A stretch of DNA of 64,000 nucleotides from Eubacteriales bacterium (GCA_045536935.1 JAZSOO010000036.1:22854-86853); one strand, 5' to 3'; positions 36,401 through 44,888 are shown, counted from the stretch's first letter. Notes: generated by a model not told the origin, from the sequence alone. Numbers and translations are program-made.

Positions 36401-36554
36401 CGACTATACAATGGCAAAACGTGCTGTTATGGGCACCTATGTTTTAGATGAAACGCAAGCTCTCGCAGCAGATATAAACTGCGACGGACAGATTACACTT
36501 AACGACTATACAATGCTCAAACGTGCAGTTATGGGCACGTACGTTATAGGATAG
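33405..36554 (+). CDS. large secreted dockerin protein (1049 aa), repetitive, possibly beta-helix-like
   Basis: Signal peptide MKKRFLSLTLVLAMLLCIVPTTALTSFA. Three copies of a GDYL..AT.T...P..GYAY...G.L.L.N(F/Y) module. C-terminal GDVNGDGAVNLNDY..DINCDGQITLNDY dockerin. Confidence 0.8.
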   Translation: MKKRFLSLTLVLAMLLCIVPTTALTSFAVETYPIYVIGVGMNDGDYLASGATSTQTTKPSSSNGYAYYEDGILTLHNFKYTGNTGYMDDLIYSDTNLNIFLEGTSELTNTDEAGNFALCAEERIVIRGEGELIARAYIPIFANEVFIEKSTVNVGGYQHGIYAYDGDIYIYDADVYIDSGYVGLYTVSEASEIAIERSEVYIYAKAYAILAEGDIYMDYSNVELNSTDINYSALQCNGDLTIADGMSGWASTVSGGDSYSKYDPKNLESYQWIAFSISSKTGRSVTVVGVTMYQGDYLPVNATKTQEDMPSGGYAYFDGYYLILDNYTYEGKGFIYDTKNYGIISDYSLNIILAGRNSITISDDSDNGVCEGIRSGRNIHISGDGTLNIKSDISLITGHGGIYIDNTTVNTVGTANYYNVTTFERNIEITDSTVTIDSLGGGLQCYDEKLDIYITGSHVTIDVNAECIVSKRDDVEGCLFVQDSYLNLRNNAFNIIDADFYCSDNLTVLASTNRNGTNAVTYNPANLSSYQWIEATRKVISYIDVVDIDVPETTFHPDFEGNLDSPYTIIEDIDWYEIDDDGDLMADVLHYERFEEGKKYRVYITVRAADGYEFDDINTTAYIGPKQASNASVQTGNQKLRTVWTDYTATGNPENLTLSIGNITLSDGDYLASDATGTTTTEPSTGYAYYKNGVLYLNDYKDSYSEVRYKEGFLEVNVTGDCTIGSFVDDYDNNSDKTYGLKFTGDGSLSIAGYGEGWDGSITATGGDVIFDGPDVEIGDNAYCFEGVEYICVYQGEIYAYTAQSGAFAMNDDTWIYVYGGSLELFDAGCFSDFIPEDIYVQAGNVYVGDNRDFSSATLWDEETPLATYEGILVTPKFIDRFDAEVEAPEIGKNPSFEVTTATEHCNVVVYDWFNGDFEMLDEDAVFEAGVQYAVGIDFYVEDGYTATNNAKFYINGIEAEWIHVEDNWYYAYIIYEPLEEEPEYILGDVNGDGAVNLNDYTMAKRAVMGTYVLDETQALAADINCDGQITLNDYTMLKRAVMGTYVIG

Positions 36555-36570
36555 TGTCGCAGACACTATC

Positions 36571-36768
36571 CATCGATATAAATCCCTTGCGGGATTTTCG
36601 ATATATTTTGCATATCTCGCTTATTGCGATATATGCAAAACTCGATATGCATAAATGCTCGAGATGCTCTGCGGAGCAAGAGGGATTTATATCATATCGA
36701 ATCCGAAATTTATGTGGATATATCGATTTCGCATAGCGAAAATATCGAATTGCGAAGCAATATATCGG
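36571..36768 (+). repeat. TCGATAT-linker multi-hairpin element, copy 2
   Basis: ATCGATAT-AAATCCC-TTGC-GGGATTT-TCGATAT..., homologous to the reverse complement of 11191-11398. Confidence 0.8.
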
Positions 36769-36806
36769 CAAAAAACAAAGCAAAACCCCAAAAAGGAGAA
36801 TTAACA

Positions 36807-39800
36807 ATGAAAAAACGAATTTTGAGTACACTACTCGCCATAGTAATGCTCATAGGACTCTTGCCCACGGCGGCGATCCCCGTCTTTGCGGTGGATGTGA
36901 ATGAAATCGACGCCTATGAATCTGACTATCAATATGGCTACTTCTTAGAGGACGGTACGTGGATCCGACTGGTCTATGACTGGGACGATATGGATCAGGT
37001 TTTCAAGAATCTGAAAAGCATGGATGAATATGGATACGTGACCATCAAGCTGATGGATGACCTTTCCGTGTATTGCGGCGAGGATTATACATCGGATTCA
37101 TACAGCATAAAGTCATATGAGGTTTCAGGTCCTGTTTCAGATTGGGAAGATATCAACATTGTTTTCGATTTTAACGGACATACCCTGAACGGCACGGTCG
37201 AAATCGGCGATGTCTATTCTATGGCAAATTTTATCAATTTGACGCTCCTTAGTGGTAACCAGCTCACCTTTACCGACTCTGTGGGTGGCGGTGGAATCAA
37301 CTTCTCTTCCAAGCGCCACCACGACAACAATATTGCGGCACTCCATATCACCACCGTCGGTGAGACGGAGCGTGGCGAGGGTTATAACAAAGAAGATCCC
37401 AACTCCTATCCCGCCAAGGTCACATTCAACGGCGGTACCTATGAAATGTCCGACAGTATAGAATATTATCACGAAGGTACTCGGATAGAAGCTATAGATT
37501 ACAGAGGAACTGTTATTGCAGACTTTGTGGACGTGGAGATTAACGACGGTACCTTTATTGCAAACAGCGGGGGAGTGATCACCACTGGTGGTCTTGATAT
37601 GTGTGCCCGTGAGCTTGCAGCCTTCGGTACAGTAATTGAGAGCTCGTATAATTTCCCAGCTGAAACGTATCCCAGTCCCGGAGTGGTAATACCGTACGAA
37701 GAAACGGGACGTACTGTTATCAACGGCGGTAAGTTCATTTCCGACGGTTATGCCGTCCATCATTTTGATAACAGCGATGTTTGCTCTGAAAATGGTGTCT
37801 TCGAATCAGGTTATTATGAGTATCCATACAAGGGCACTTCCTTAGCTTATCTGGACGGTCATTACCATATGAACTATCCTACCATCAACGGCGGATATTT
37901 CGAAGGTCAGTTGGGCTTCACCGGCCTTACCTATACCTATAGTGAAGGTAACTCCGACCTGAACAGCCGTCCCGCTTCCGAAATCATCCCCGAAGCATCC
38001 ATAATTTTGGGCATTGATAAGGACGGCAACAAGATTACTGATGTTTCCAGTCTGAATTGGAAGGATCTCCACGATATGCAATCGTGCTTTGTGGTTCCTG
38101 CGGATTCAATTAAGATTAATACTACGCCCGAAGGAACGGGCGATCCTATCAAGCTTACGAGAACCGTCAAGCAAAGCGATACCTTTGAAATGAGCTGGAC
38201 GGTACCCTCCTATCTGGAGGGTGAGGTAGTGTGCCAGCCTATGATCACCATTACCCGTCCGAAATCCAACATTGAACCTAAAATATATTCCGACTCAAAG
38301 GTGACGGTAAATTATAGCGAATACCCCAACGACGTAAACGTTGCCTGCGAGTTGTACCTTCTCGCATGGGGCGAGGCACTGATCTTCAAGCAGAACTACG
38401 AGGTAGACGTAAATCGTATCTACACCGTGACCGACGGCTGTATACATTGCTATGCGGCAGGGGAAGATGGCTGGGATGAAGTCGTGGAAGGAGGATCCTG
38501 CTCCTTTAAGATATACCCCAAGGATTACTATGAGCTGACCGATCCCGACAAGCTTGAGGTATACGTTAACGGCGATCTCGTAACACCCGATGAGGACGGC
38601 GTGTATACCGTAGAAAACGTTACCGAGGATCTTGACATCTACTGTGACGGCTCCGCCTTCACAAGCTATTCCAACTTGACAATTACCGCCAATGGAAAAA
38701 CCGTAACGGAAAAGATCTTCGACGGCGGCACCTATACTTTCAAGACTCTTGCTGAGTTCGGTGTGGCGGTGCCTGAAAATTCCACCTTCACCGGTTGGAA
38801 GATCGGCGGTAAGACCTATCAGCCGGGTGAAACTTACACAGTACCCGGAGGAGGGGAAATCAAGATCAATGCCGCATTCACGGGACTTTATAACGTCACC
38901 GTTGAAAACGGTAAAGCATACGCCGACGAGGCACATACCATACCCATCTCGGCGGCTGCAGAGAATCAAGTGATCTACGTCGTAGCAGACCCTGTGCCCG
39001 AGGGCAAGGTGTTCAGCTATTGGAACAGAACCTTCGCTGTCGTGGGCGGTCACGGTTGGTTCGGTGATTCCGAAGCGGCTGTAACGACCTTTACGGTATA
39101 TGACAGCGACGTTGTTCTTACACCCGTCTATGAGACCCTTGTGGACGAGATCGTCATAGGCGGTATGACCAAGCCCTCCGCAGGTGTTGCGATTGACAAC
39201 TCGGATTATTCCTACAAGTGGGGCTGCAGCGTTCCCGCAGATGCCGGCTATACCCTTGGCATCAGCTATTGGTATGACATCACCGACGGAGAACCCGAAT
39301 TCGCAATGAACAGCGGCAACGAGTTTCAAATCGGTCATACCTACCGCTTCAAAGCAAGGATCCACCTGAAGGCTGACCATATTTACCCTGCAGATCCCGA
39401 GGATATTGCGGTAGTGCTTTCCGGTATTGCATCGGACGATTACACGTATAGCATCTATGAGATCGGCTATACATCCGCGACCATCTATTTCGAGTTCACC
39501 TGCCAGCGTGAAGAACCGGATACGGCACTTATCCGTCCGAAGGGTGACGGCACCTCCGGTAATCCCTTCCAAATCACCAATATCGGTGAGCTGTACTGGT
39601 TTGCGGCATTCGTTAACGGCACCGCTCCTTATCCGGATGGCGTTACCGTGGAGCGAAGTGAAGCCTGTGCAATTGTGATGAATGATATTACCGTCAATCC
39701 CGGAATGCTCACGGAGGATGGAGAACTCAACGGCATCTCAGGCTTTGCGCAGTGGACACCGATCGGCTACTATTCCGATTATTCGGGCACCTTTGACGGT

Positions 39801-41237
39801 CAGAACCACACAATCAGCGGTCTGTATTTCCAAAATTTTATCGACTATTCCGAATACGCAGAGGTTGGTTTTGTTGCCGAGCTTCGGAACGGTGGATGCG
39901 TTTGCAACCTGACTGTAGCGGACAGCTATTTTGCTCCTCCTTCCGTAAGCACGGCTCAGTATTACTTGGGCGGTATTGCGGGCAGGATTGATACAGAAGC
40001 ATCTGTAGTGAACTGCCATTTTAACGGCACCATCCAAGGAGGCAGCGGCTACTGGAATAATAGCACCGGCGGTATTGTAGGATACAGTTCCTATTGCGTG
40101 ATCGAGAACTGTACCACCAGGGGCCGTGTGGAAAATTACAGCAGATATGGCGTAGGCGGCATCGTGGGCTATATGTCCGGCACAGTGCGCGGCTGCGTGA
40201 ACTACGCCGCCGTGACGAATACGTGTAATGCCTTTGACAACGGAACCGGCGGTATCGCAGGCGATTTGGGCAGCCGTAGCATCATTAGGGATTGCCATAA
40301 CGAGGGTGTGATTTTCAGTAACTCCTATGTAGGCGGCATCGCAGGTTCTGCAAGCGGTTATTATAACTCCAATACGGACTCTACCTACCGGTCATATATC
40401 CTTCGTTGCTACAACGAGGGAACGATCATAGGCAACACCCTTACTGCCGGTATTGTGGGTTCGATAGGACACAGAGGCGGCTTCCTGACGGTGAAGAACT
40501 GCTATAATGCGGGCACAGCGGATGTCGGCATTGCCGGAATTATCAATGGTACGGAAAATGAGATTCTGTACTGCCATAATGTAGGCACGGTAACAGAAAG
40601 TCCCATCTATTTTTCCGATTATGATGGGGTCACAAACTGCTACTACCTTGCCGACAGCGAGACCGACAGTGTTGACGGCACCACCTATAAAACCGCCGAC
40701 CAGTTTGCCGACGGCACGGTGCTGGCACTGCTGGATAACGGCCACTGGACGCAGGGCGAGGATGATGAATATCCCGTTCTGGGTGAAATTCCCGGCGTTA
40801 CCGTCAGCGGCATGGTGACAAGCTTCGGCAAGGAGTCGGAGCAGACCACCGTTCAACTTTTCCCGTCCGGGTCGGATACACCTGCCTTTAGCGTTACGTT
40901 GACCGGAACCCATGCGATGTACTCTTTCAATGGCGTTGAAGCAGGAACCTACACCATGAAGGTTAGCAAAGCAAAACACGTCACCCGTGAGTATACCGTG
41001 GTTGTTGGTAATAGTTCCATCCCTCTGGATGCCAAGATCTACCTGTTGGGCGATATAAACGGCGACGGAGCAGTAAATCTTAACGACTATACAATGGCAA
41101 AACGTGCCGTTATGGGTACATATACGTTAAGCGATACTCAAAAAGCTGCAGCCGATATCAACGGCGACGGAGAAATCACACTTAACGACTATACAATGCT
41201 CAAACGTGCAGTTATGGGCACGTACGTTATAGGATAA
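36807..41237 (+). CDS. giant secreted dockerin protein (1476 aa) with InlB-B/Listeria-Bacteroides-type repeats, GLUG-motif region and CarboxypepD_reg-like domain
   Basis: ATG 36807 follows AAAGGAG and starts the signal peptide MKKRILSTLLAIVMLIGLLPTAAIPVFA. FTGWKIGGKTYQPGETYTV repeat. GGIAG/GGIVG...NC...G GLUG-like repeats (about 39.9-40.6 kb). C-terminal dockerin. The track start at 36624 lies inside the repeat element. Confidence 0.8.
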   Translation: MKKRILSTLLAIVMLIGLLPTAAIPVFAVDVNEIDAYESDYQYGYFLEDGTWIRLVYDWDDMDQVFKNLKSMDEYGYVTIKLMDDLSVYCGEDYTSDSYSIKSYEVSGPVSDWEDINIVFDFNGHTLNGTVEIGDVYSMANFINLTLLSGNQLTFTDSVGGGGINFSSKRHHDNNIAALHITTVGETERGEGYNKEDPNSYPAKVTFNGGTYEMSDSIEYYHEGTRIEAIDYRGTVIADFVDVEINDGTFIANSGGVITTGGLDMCARELAAFGTVIESSYNFPAETYPSPGVVIPYEETGRTVINGGKFISDGYAVHHFDNSDVCSENGVFESGYYEYPYKGTSLAYLDGHYHMNYPTINGGYFEGQLGFTGLTYTYSEGNSDLNSRPASEIIPEASIILGIDKDGNKITDVSSLNWKDLHDMQSCFVVPADSIKINTTPEGTGDPIKLTRTVKQSDTFEMSWTVPSYLEGEVVCQPMITITRPKSNIEPKIYSDSKVTVNYSEYPNDVNVACELYLLAWGEALIFKQNYEVDVNRIYTVTDGCIHCYAAGEDGWDEVVEGGSCSFKIYPKDYYELTDPDKLEVYVNGDLVTPDEDGVYTVENVTEDLDIYCDGSAFTSYSNLTITANGKTVTEKIFDGGTYTFKTLAEFGVAVPENSTFTGWKIGGKTYQPGETYTVPGGGEIKINAAFTGLYNVTVENGKAYADEAHTIPISAAAENQVIYVVADPVPEGKVFSYWNRTFAVVGGHGWFGDSEAAVTTFTVYDSDVVLTPVYETLVDEIVIGGMTKPSAGVAIDNSDYSYKWGCSVPADAGYTLGISYWYDITDGEPEFAMNSGNEFQIGHTYRFKARIHLKADHIYPADPEDIAVVLSGIASDDYTYSIYEIGYTSATIYFEFTCQREEPDTALIRPKGDGTSGNPFQITNIGELYWFAAFVNGTAPYPDGVTVERSEACAIVMNDITVNPGMLTEDGELNGISGFAQWTPIGYYSDYSGTFDGQNHTISGLYFQNFIDYSEYAEVGFVAELRNGGCVCNLTVADSYFAPPSVSTAQYYLGGIAGRIDTEASVVNCHFNGTIQGGSGYWNNSTGGIVGYSSYCVIENCTTRGRVENYSRYGVGGIVGYMSGTVRGCVNYAAVTNTCNAFDNGTGGIAGDLGSRSIIRDCHNEGVIFSNSYVGGIAGSASGYYNSNTDSTYRSYILRCYNEGTIIGNTLTAGIVGSIGHRGGFLTVKNCYNAGTADVGIAGIINGTENEILYCHNVGTVTESPIYFSDYDGVTNCYYLADSETDSVDGTTYKTADQFADGTVLALLDNGHWTQGEDDEYPVLGEIPGVTVSGMVTSFGKESEQTTVQLFPSGSDTPAFSVTLTGTHAMYSFNGVEAGTYTMKVSKAKHVTREYTVVVGNSSIPLDAKIYLLGDINGDGAVNLNDYTMAKRAVMGTYTLSDTQKAAADINGDGEITLNDYTMLKRAVMGTYVIG

Positions 41238-41253
41238 AATTTAAAATAACGCA

Positions 41254-41400
41254 TTGTAGGGGAGGGTTTTATACCCTCCCGTACTCTTTATACGTAGTTG
41301 TTTCTATCGTCTGTGAAAAAAAGAAAAAACATTTTGCAGCTAAGATTATATACAACAAGATCTTACGGGTTCGGGCGGGTGTAAAACCCGCCCCTACGTT
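41254..41400. repeat. convergent pair of GTAG-hairpin (REP-like) units
   Basis: Forward GTAG 41256-41259 + GGGAGGG/CCCTCCC + tail GTACTCTTTATACGTAGTTGTTTCTATCGTCTGTG. Inverted GGGCGGG/CCCGCCC + CTAC 41394-41397. Confidence 0.85.
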
Positions 41401-41445
41401 CGCTTCGTAATTCTTTTTTATCTTCATTATAAAACGGTACGCAAA

Positions 41446-41476
41446 CAAAAAAAGGGCATCAAACGATGCCCTTTTA
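41446..41476 (-). terminator. intrinsic terminator after ung
   Basis: GGGCATC-AAAC-GATGCCC flanked by A/T runs. Confidence 0.8.
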
Positions 41477-41483
41477 CATTTGA

Positions 41484-42158
41484 TTATTCAATCACCCAAT
41501 CAATTTCTTTTGCGCCGACACTTTTTAAAAACTCGTTACATTTCGAAAAATGCTTGCAACCGAAAAATCCGTTATATGCCGAAAGAGGGCTTGGGTGCAC
41601 CGTTTCAAGAATCTTGTGTTGCTTACCCGTAATAAGACTCTTTTTTGCCCTTGCGTAACCGCCCCAAAGGATAAACACTATCGGCTCGGGACGCTCGTTG
41701 AGAAGCGATATTGCACGGTCGGTGAAGATTTCCCAACCCTTGTTTCTGTGGCTTCCTGCACTTGCGGAACGAACCGTCAGAACGCTGTTAAGAAGCATAA
41801 CACCGTTCTTTGCCCAAGAGGTAAGCTCGCCGTGGTTCGGGGGAGTGATGCCAAGGTCGGATTGAAGCTCCTTGAATATATTAATTAATGAAGGCGGTTT
41901 TTCAATACCCTTCTTCACCGAAAAACAAAGCCCGTGCGCCTGACCTGCACCGTGATATGGGTCCTGTCCGATTATAACGGCACGCACGTCTTTATAATCG
42001 GTATACTTAAATGCGTTGAAAATGTCGTTCATATTGGGGTATATCGGCACGCCCGATCTGAAATATTCGTTCTTCAGAAATTCACGCAATTTTATGTAAT
42101 ATTCCTTTTCTGCCTCGGGAGCAAGAAGCTCGTCCCAACTATTACCGAATTTGAACAT
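41484..42158 (-). CDS. ung: uracil-DNA glycosylase
   Basis: Family-1 UDG motifs GQDPYHG and HPSPLSA. Confidence 0.92.
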   Translation of the reverse strand: MFKFGNSWDELLAPEAEKEYYIKLREFLKNEYFRSGVPIYPNMNDIFNAFKYTDYKDVRAVIIGQDPYHGAGQAHGLCFSVKKGIEKPPSLINIFKELQSDLGITPPNHGELTSWAKNGVMLLNSVLTVRSASAGSHRNKGWEIFTDRAISLLNERPEPIVFILWGGYARAKKSLITGKQHKILETVHPSPLSAYNGFFGCKHFSKCNEFLKSVGAKEIDWVIE

Positions 42159-42222
42159 ATAAAAAACTCCTTGTTTGATATACTTATTCTATCATAAAAT
42201 GTAATAAAATCAATCTTTTTGA

Positions 42223-42251
42223 TTGACAAAAGGCAAAAATGGGTTTATATT
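42223..42251 (+). promoter_or_regulatory. sigma-A promoter of mgtE
   Basis: TTGACA (42223-42228), 17 nt, TATATT (42246-42251). Confidence 0.5.
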
Positions 42252-42257
42252 TATATT

Positions 42258-42423
42258 AATAATGATTAAAAAAGAGGTGAGAACTTAATGGAATCCGGAC
42301 GAAGTAGCGGCATAAAACCCAAAGGTATCTGCGCAGTCGGAAGAAGTTTGTTCTCGCTTTTTCTGTCTGCGTGATAAATTGAGTTTTTGCCGTGTCCAAA
42401 TCTAAAAGAAAGGAACGGCTTTA
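42258..42423 (+). promoter_or_regulatory. ~165-nt 5' leader of mgtE with stem plus U-run (possible attenuator)
   Basis: GAGAAC (42277-42282) pairs with GTTCTC (42349-42354), followed by GCTTTTTC. Class not identified. Confidence 0.3.
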
Positions 42424-43776
42424 ATGGAAACAAAAGATTTTTACGAAAAGGTGATCGAGCTTTTGGAAAAGACCGATTACCAGTCTCTCCGTACGCTGCT
42501 TAATGAATCGGAGCCGTACGATATCGCACTTCTTTGCGAAGAACTTGACGAAAAGGTGCTTCCCATAGTATTTCGTCTTATCTCAAAGGATATTGCGGCA
42601 GAATGCTTTTCGGATATGGATCCGGAGATACAAGAGCTTCTTATCCGACGTATGACCGATGCCGAATTGAAGGCGATGCTCGACGAGATGTTCATCGACG
42701 ATACGGTCGACGTCATTGAAGAAATGCCTGCGAATATCGCAACACGTATCCTTGCAAACTCCGATCCCGAATCCCGTGACCAGATAAACGCAATACTCAA
42801 CTATCCCAAAGAGAGCGCCGGCAGTATTATGACTGTCGAATACGTCCGTCTCGACCGTAATATGAGCGTTGCCGATGCATTTGCACGTATCCGCCGTGTC
42901 GGTATGGAAAAGGAAACTATCTATACCTGCTACGTAACCAGCTCCGACAGAAAGCTGGTCGGTGTCGTAACGGCAATGGACTTGATGTTAAACGACCCCG
43001 ATACGTTGATTTCCGAAATAATGGAAACTAACGTTATCTCTGCCACGACTGATGAAGACAGAGAATCGGTCGTTAAAAAGTTCAGCGACTATGACTTTAT
43101 CGCTCTTCCCGTCGTTGATAAAGAAAACCGTCTTGTCGGTATCGTCACCGTCGACGACGCTATCGACGTTGCTCTCGAAGAAGCAACCGAAGACGTTGAA
43201 AAGATGGCGGCTATTACTCCTTCGGATAAGCCCTATCTCCGTGTCGGTGTTTTTGAGACCTGGCTTAACAGAATCCCTTGGCTGATGATATTGATGCTTT
43301 CCGCAACCTTCACAAGCGCCATTATGTCGGGCTATGAGGAATCGTTGAATAAGCTTGTAATTTTGACTTATTTTATTCCCATGCTTATGGGTACGGCAGG
43401 TAATGCCGGCGGTCAGACCTCGGTAACGATAATTCGTGCGCTTTCGCTCGGTGACGTTGAGACCTCGGATATTTTCCGCATTATGTGGAAAGAACTCCGT
43501 GTTTCGCTGCTTTGCGGTATTGCGCTCGGCGTTGTCGGATTCTTCAAGGCTATGTGGCTTGACGGTGCAGACCCGACGGTTGCGCTTGTCGTTTCGATAA
43601 CGCTTATTGCAACGGTCTTGCTTGCAAAGGTTATCGGTTGCTTGTTCCCTGTGGTTATCAAACAGCTTGGCTTCGACCCTGCCGTCGTCGCAAGTCCCTT
43701 CATCACCACCGTCGTCGATGCCCTTGCGCTCGTCGTCTATTTCGCTGTCGCAACCTCGATTATAACGTATATATAA
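42424..43776 (+). CDS. mgtE: magnesium transporter MgtE
   Basis: MgtE N-domain, CBS pair and C-terminal 5-TM block with GNAGGQ. Confidence 0.9.
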   Translation: METKDFYEKVIELLEKTDYQSLRTLLNESEPYDIALLCEELDEKVLPIVFRLISKDIAAECFSDMDPEIQELLIRRMTDAELKAMLDEMFIDDTVDVIEEMPANIATRILANSDPESRDQINAILNYPKESAGSIMTVEYVRLDRNMSVADAFARIRRVGMEKETIYTCYVTSSDRKLVGVVTAMDLMLNDPDTLISEIMETNVISATTDEDRESVVKKFSDYDFIALPVVDKENRLVGIVTVDDAIDVALEEATEDVEKMAAITPSDKPYLRVGVFETWLNRIPWLMILMLSATFTSAIMSGYEESLNKLVILTYFIPMLMGTAGNAGGQTSVTIIRALSLGDVETSDIFRIMWKELRVSLLCGIALGVVGFFKAMWLDGADPTVALVVSITLIATVLLAKVIGCLFPVVIKQLGFDPAVVASPFITTVVDALALVVYFAVATSIITYI

Positions 43777-43779
43777 TTA

Positions 43780-43808
43780 AAAAGAGAGGAATCGTTCCTC
43801 TCTTTTCT
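43780..43808. terminator. bidirectional intrinsic terminator
   Basis: AAAAGAGAGGAA-TCG-TTCCTCTCTTTT. Confidence 0.85.
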
Positions 43809-43817
43809 CTTGCAGTA

Positions 43818-44888
43818 TTAAGCCGCTAATCCCGGATTGATGCCTATTGAAACGTCATAAGCGCTCTTAAGCATATTTTCAATACTTATTCCGTATCCGT
43901 GTAAGGGATCGTTTACAAGCACGTGCGTGACTGCACCGATAAGCTTACCGTCCTTGATTATGGGAGAGCCCGACATACCCTGAACGATACCGCCCGTTTT
44001 TGAAATAAGATCCTCGTCGGTGATCTTAATCAAAAAGTTTTTCGTGCTTCCCGAACCGTTATAAATATGCTCGATCTCGATTTCATATTCTTCAATGCCG
44101 TTTTCTGAAACCGTTGTAAGAATATGCGCCTTTCCCTCGGTTATTTCGTTTTTCGTTGCAACGGGTATCGCCGTAAGCGAGGGTTTTGGAACTCTCGAGA
44201 ATCGACCGAAAACGCCTTCCTCGCAATTATCCCAAAGCTCGCCTGTTTGCGTTCTTCCGAAACTTCCGTGAAGCTCGCCGGGGGAGTTTTTTTCACTCTT
44301 GACAACGTCGGTTATAACAACGTCAACTACGGTTCCGCTTGACATCGGCAAAAGTATACCCGTTTCCGTGTCGTAAACACCGTGTCCCAAACCGCCGAAA
44401 TCCTGCGTTTCGGGGTCGATATAGGTCACGGTACCGATACCTGCCGTCGAATCACGTACGAGAACACCAATACGGTAAGTCCCGTTCTCGCTGTCACGTG
44501 CAGGAGTTATAGAAACAGTCTTTTCTTCGTTGTTGCGGATAAACGCAATAACAATGCTTTTACCGCCGCTTCCCGATATAAGCGATACAAGGTCGCCTGC
44601 CGTTTGAAATTCCTGCCCGCCCGCACGGATTATAACGTCACCTGCCTGAAGACCGCAGTCTTTCGCAGGGGAAACAACGCCCGAAGCGGTCTCCACACCC
44701 GTTGTACCAAGCACTACTGCGCCTTCCGTGAACATCTTCACACCAAAAGCCATTCCTCCGGGGATAAGCATTTCGATATTACCCACTCCCGTTTGTGCGG
44801 TTTGTGCGCTTGCCGTGGGGGAAGTGAATACAAAAAGAGCAAAAGTTGCCGATAATACTGCAAAAATCTTTTTTAATCTGTTCATCAT
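43818..44888 (-). CDS. spoIVB: SpoIVB peptidase (S55)
   Basis: Signal anchor, PDZ segment (GLQAGDVIIRAGG), and catalytic blocks GTVTYIDPETQDFGGLGH and GMSGSPII. Confidence 0.9.
   Translation of the reverse strand: MMNRLKKIFAVLSATFALFVFTSPTASAQTAQTGVGNIEMLIPGGMAFGVKMFTEGAVVLGTTGVETASGVVSPAKDCGLQAGDVIIRAGGQEFQTAGDLVSLISGSGGKSIVIAFIRNNEEKTVSITPARDSENGTYRIGVLVRDSTAGIGTVTYIDPETQDFGGLGHGVYDTETGILLPMSSGTVVDVVITDVVKSEKNSPGELHGSFGRTQTGELWDNCEEGVFGRFSRVPKPSLTAIPVATKNEITEGKAHILTTVSENGIEEYEIEIEHIYNGSGSTKNFLIKITDEDLISKTGGIVQGMSGSPIIKDGKLIGAVTHVLVNDPLHGYGISIENMLKSAYDVSIGINPGLAA

Noticed and set aside
36624-36806. N-terminal extensions proposed by the ORF track (36624 for the 1476-aa gene; also 29294, 21889..22569, 46771, 27101, 9785, 20952, 7075)
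   Set aside because: In each case an internal start with a good Shine-Dalgarno precedes a signal peptide or the canonical N-terminus. The extension overlaps a repeat element, promoter or upstream gene.
38295-39572. Long antisense ORFs opposite confident genes (e.g. 349..1377 -, 12774..13502 -, 25246..25953 -, 28140..29048 +, 38295..39572 -, 46840..47793 -, 61844..62767 +)
   Set aside because: These are shadow frames of well-supported genes on the other strand, with no RBS, no recognisable motifs and biased low-complexity composition.
26885-41400. Calling the 27-41 kb block a genomic island or integrative element
   Set aside because: It is tRNA-adjacent and flanked by repeats. However, I see no integrase, transposase or direct repeat of the tRNA 3' end at the far boundary. 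I therefore describe it only as a likely accessory region.
42252-42423. Calling the mgtE leader an M-box riboswitch
   Set aside because: Only the genomic context and a short AGGUGAG-like string fit. I could not locate the conserved M-box core, so it is reported only as an unclassified leader.
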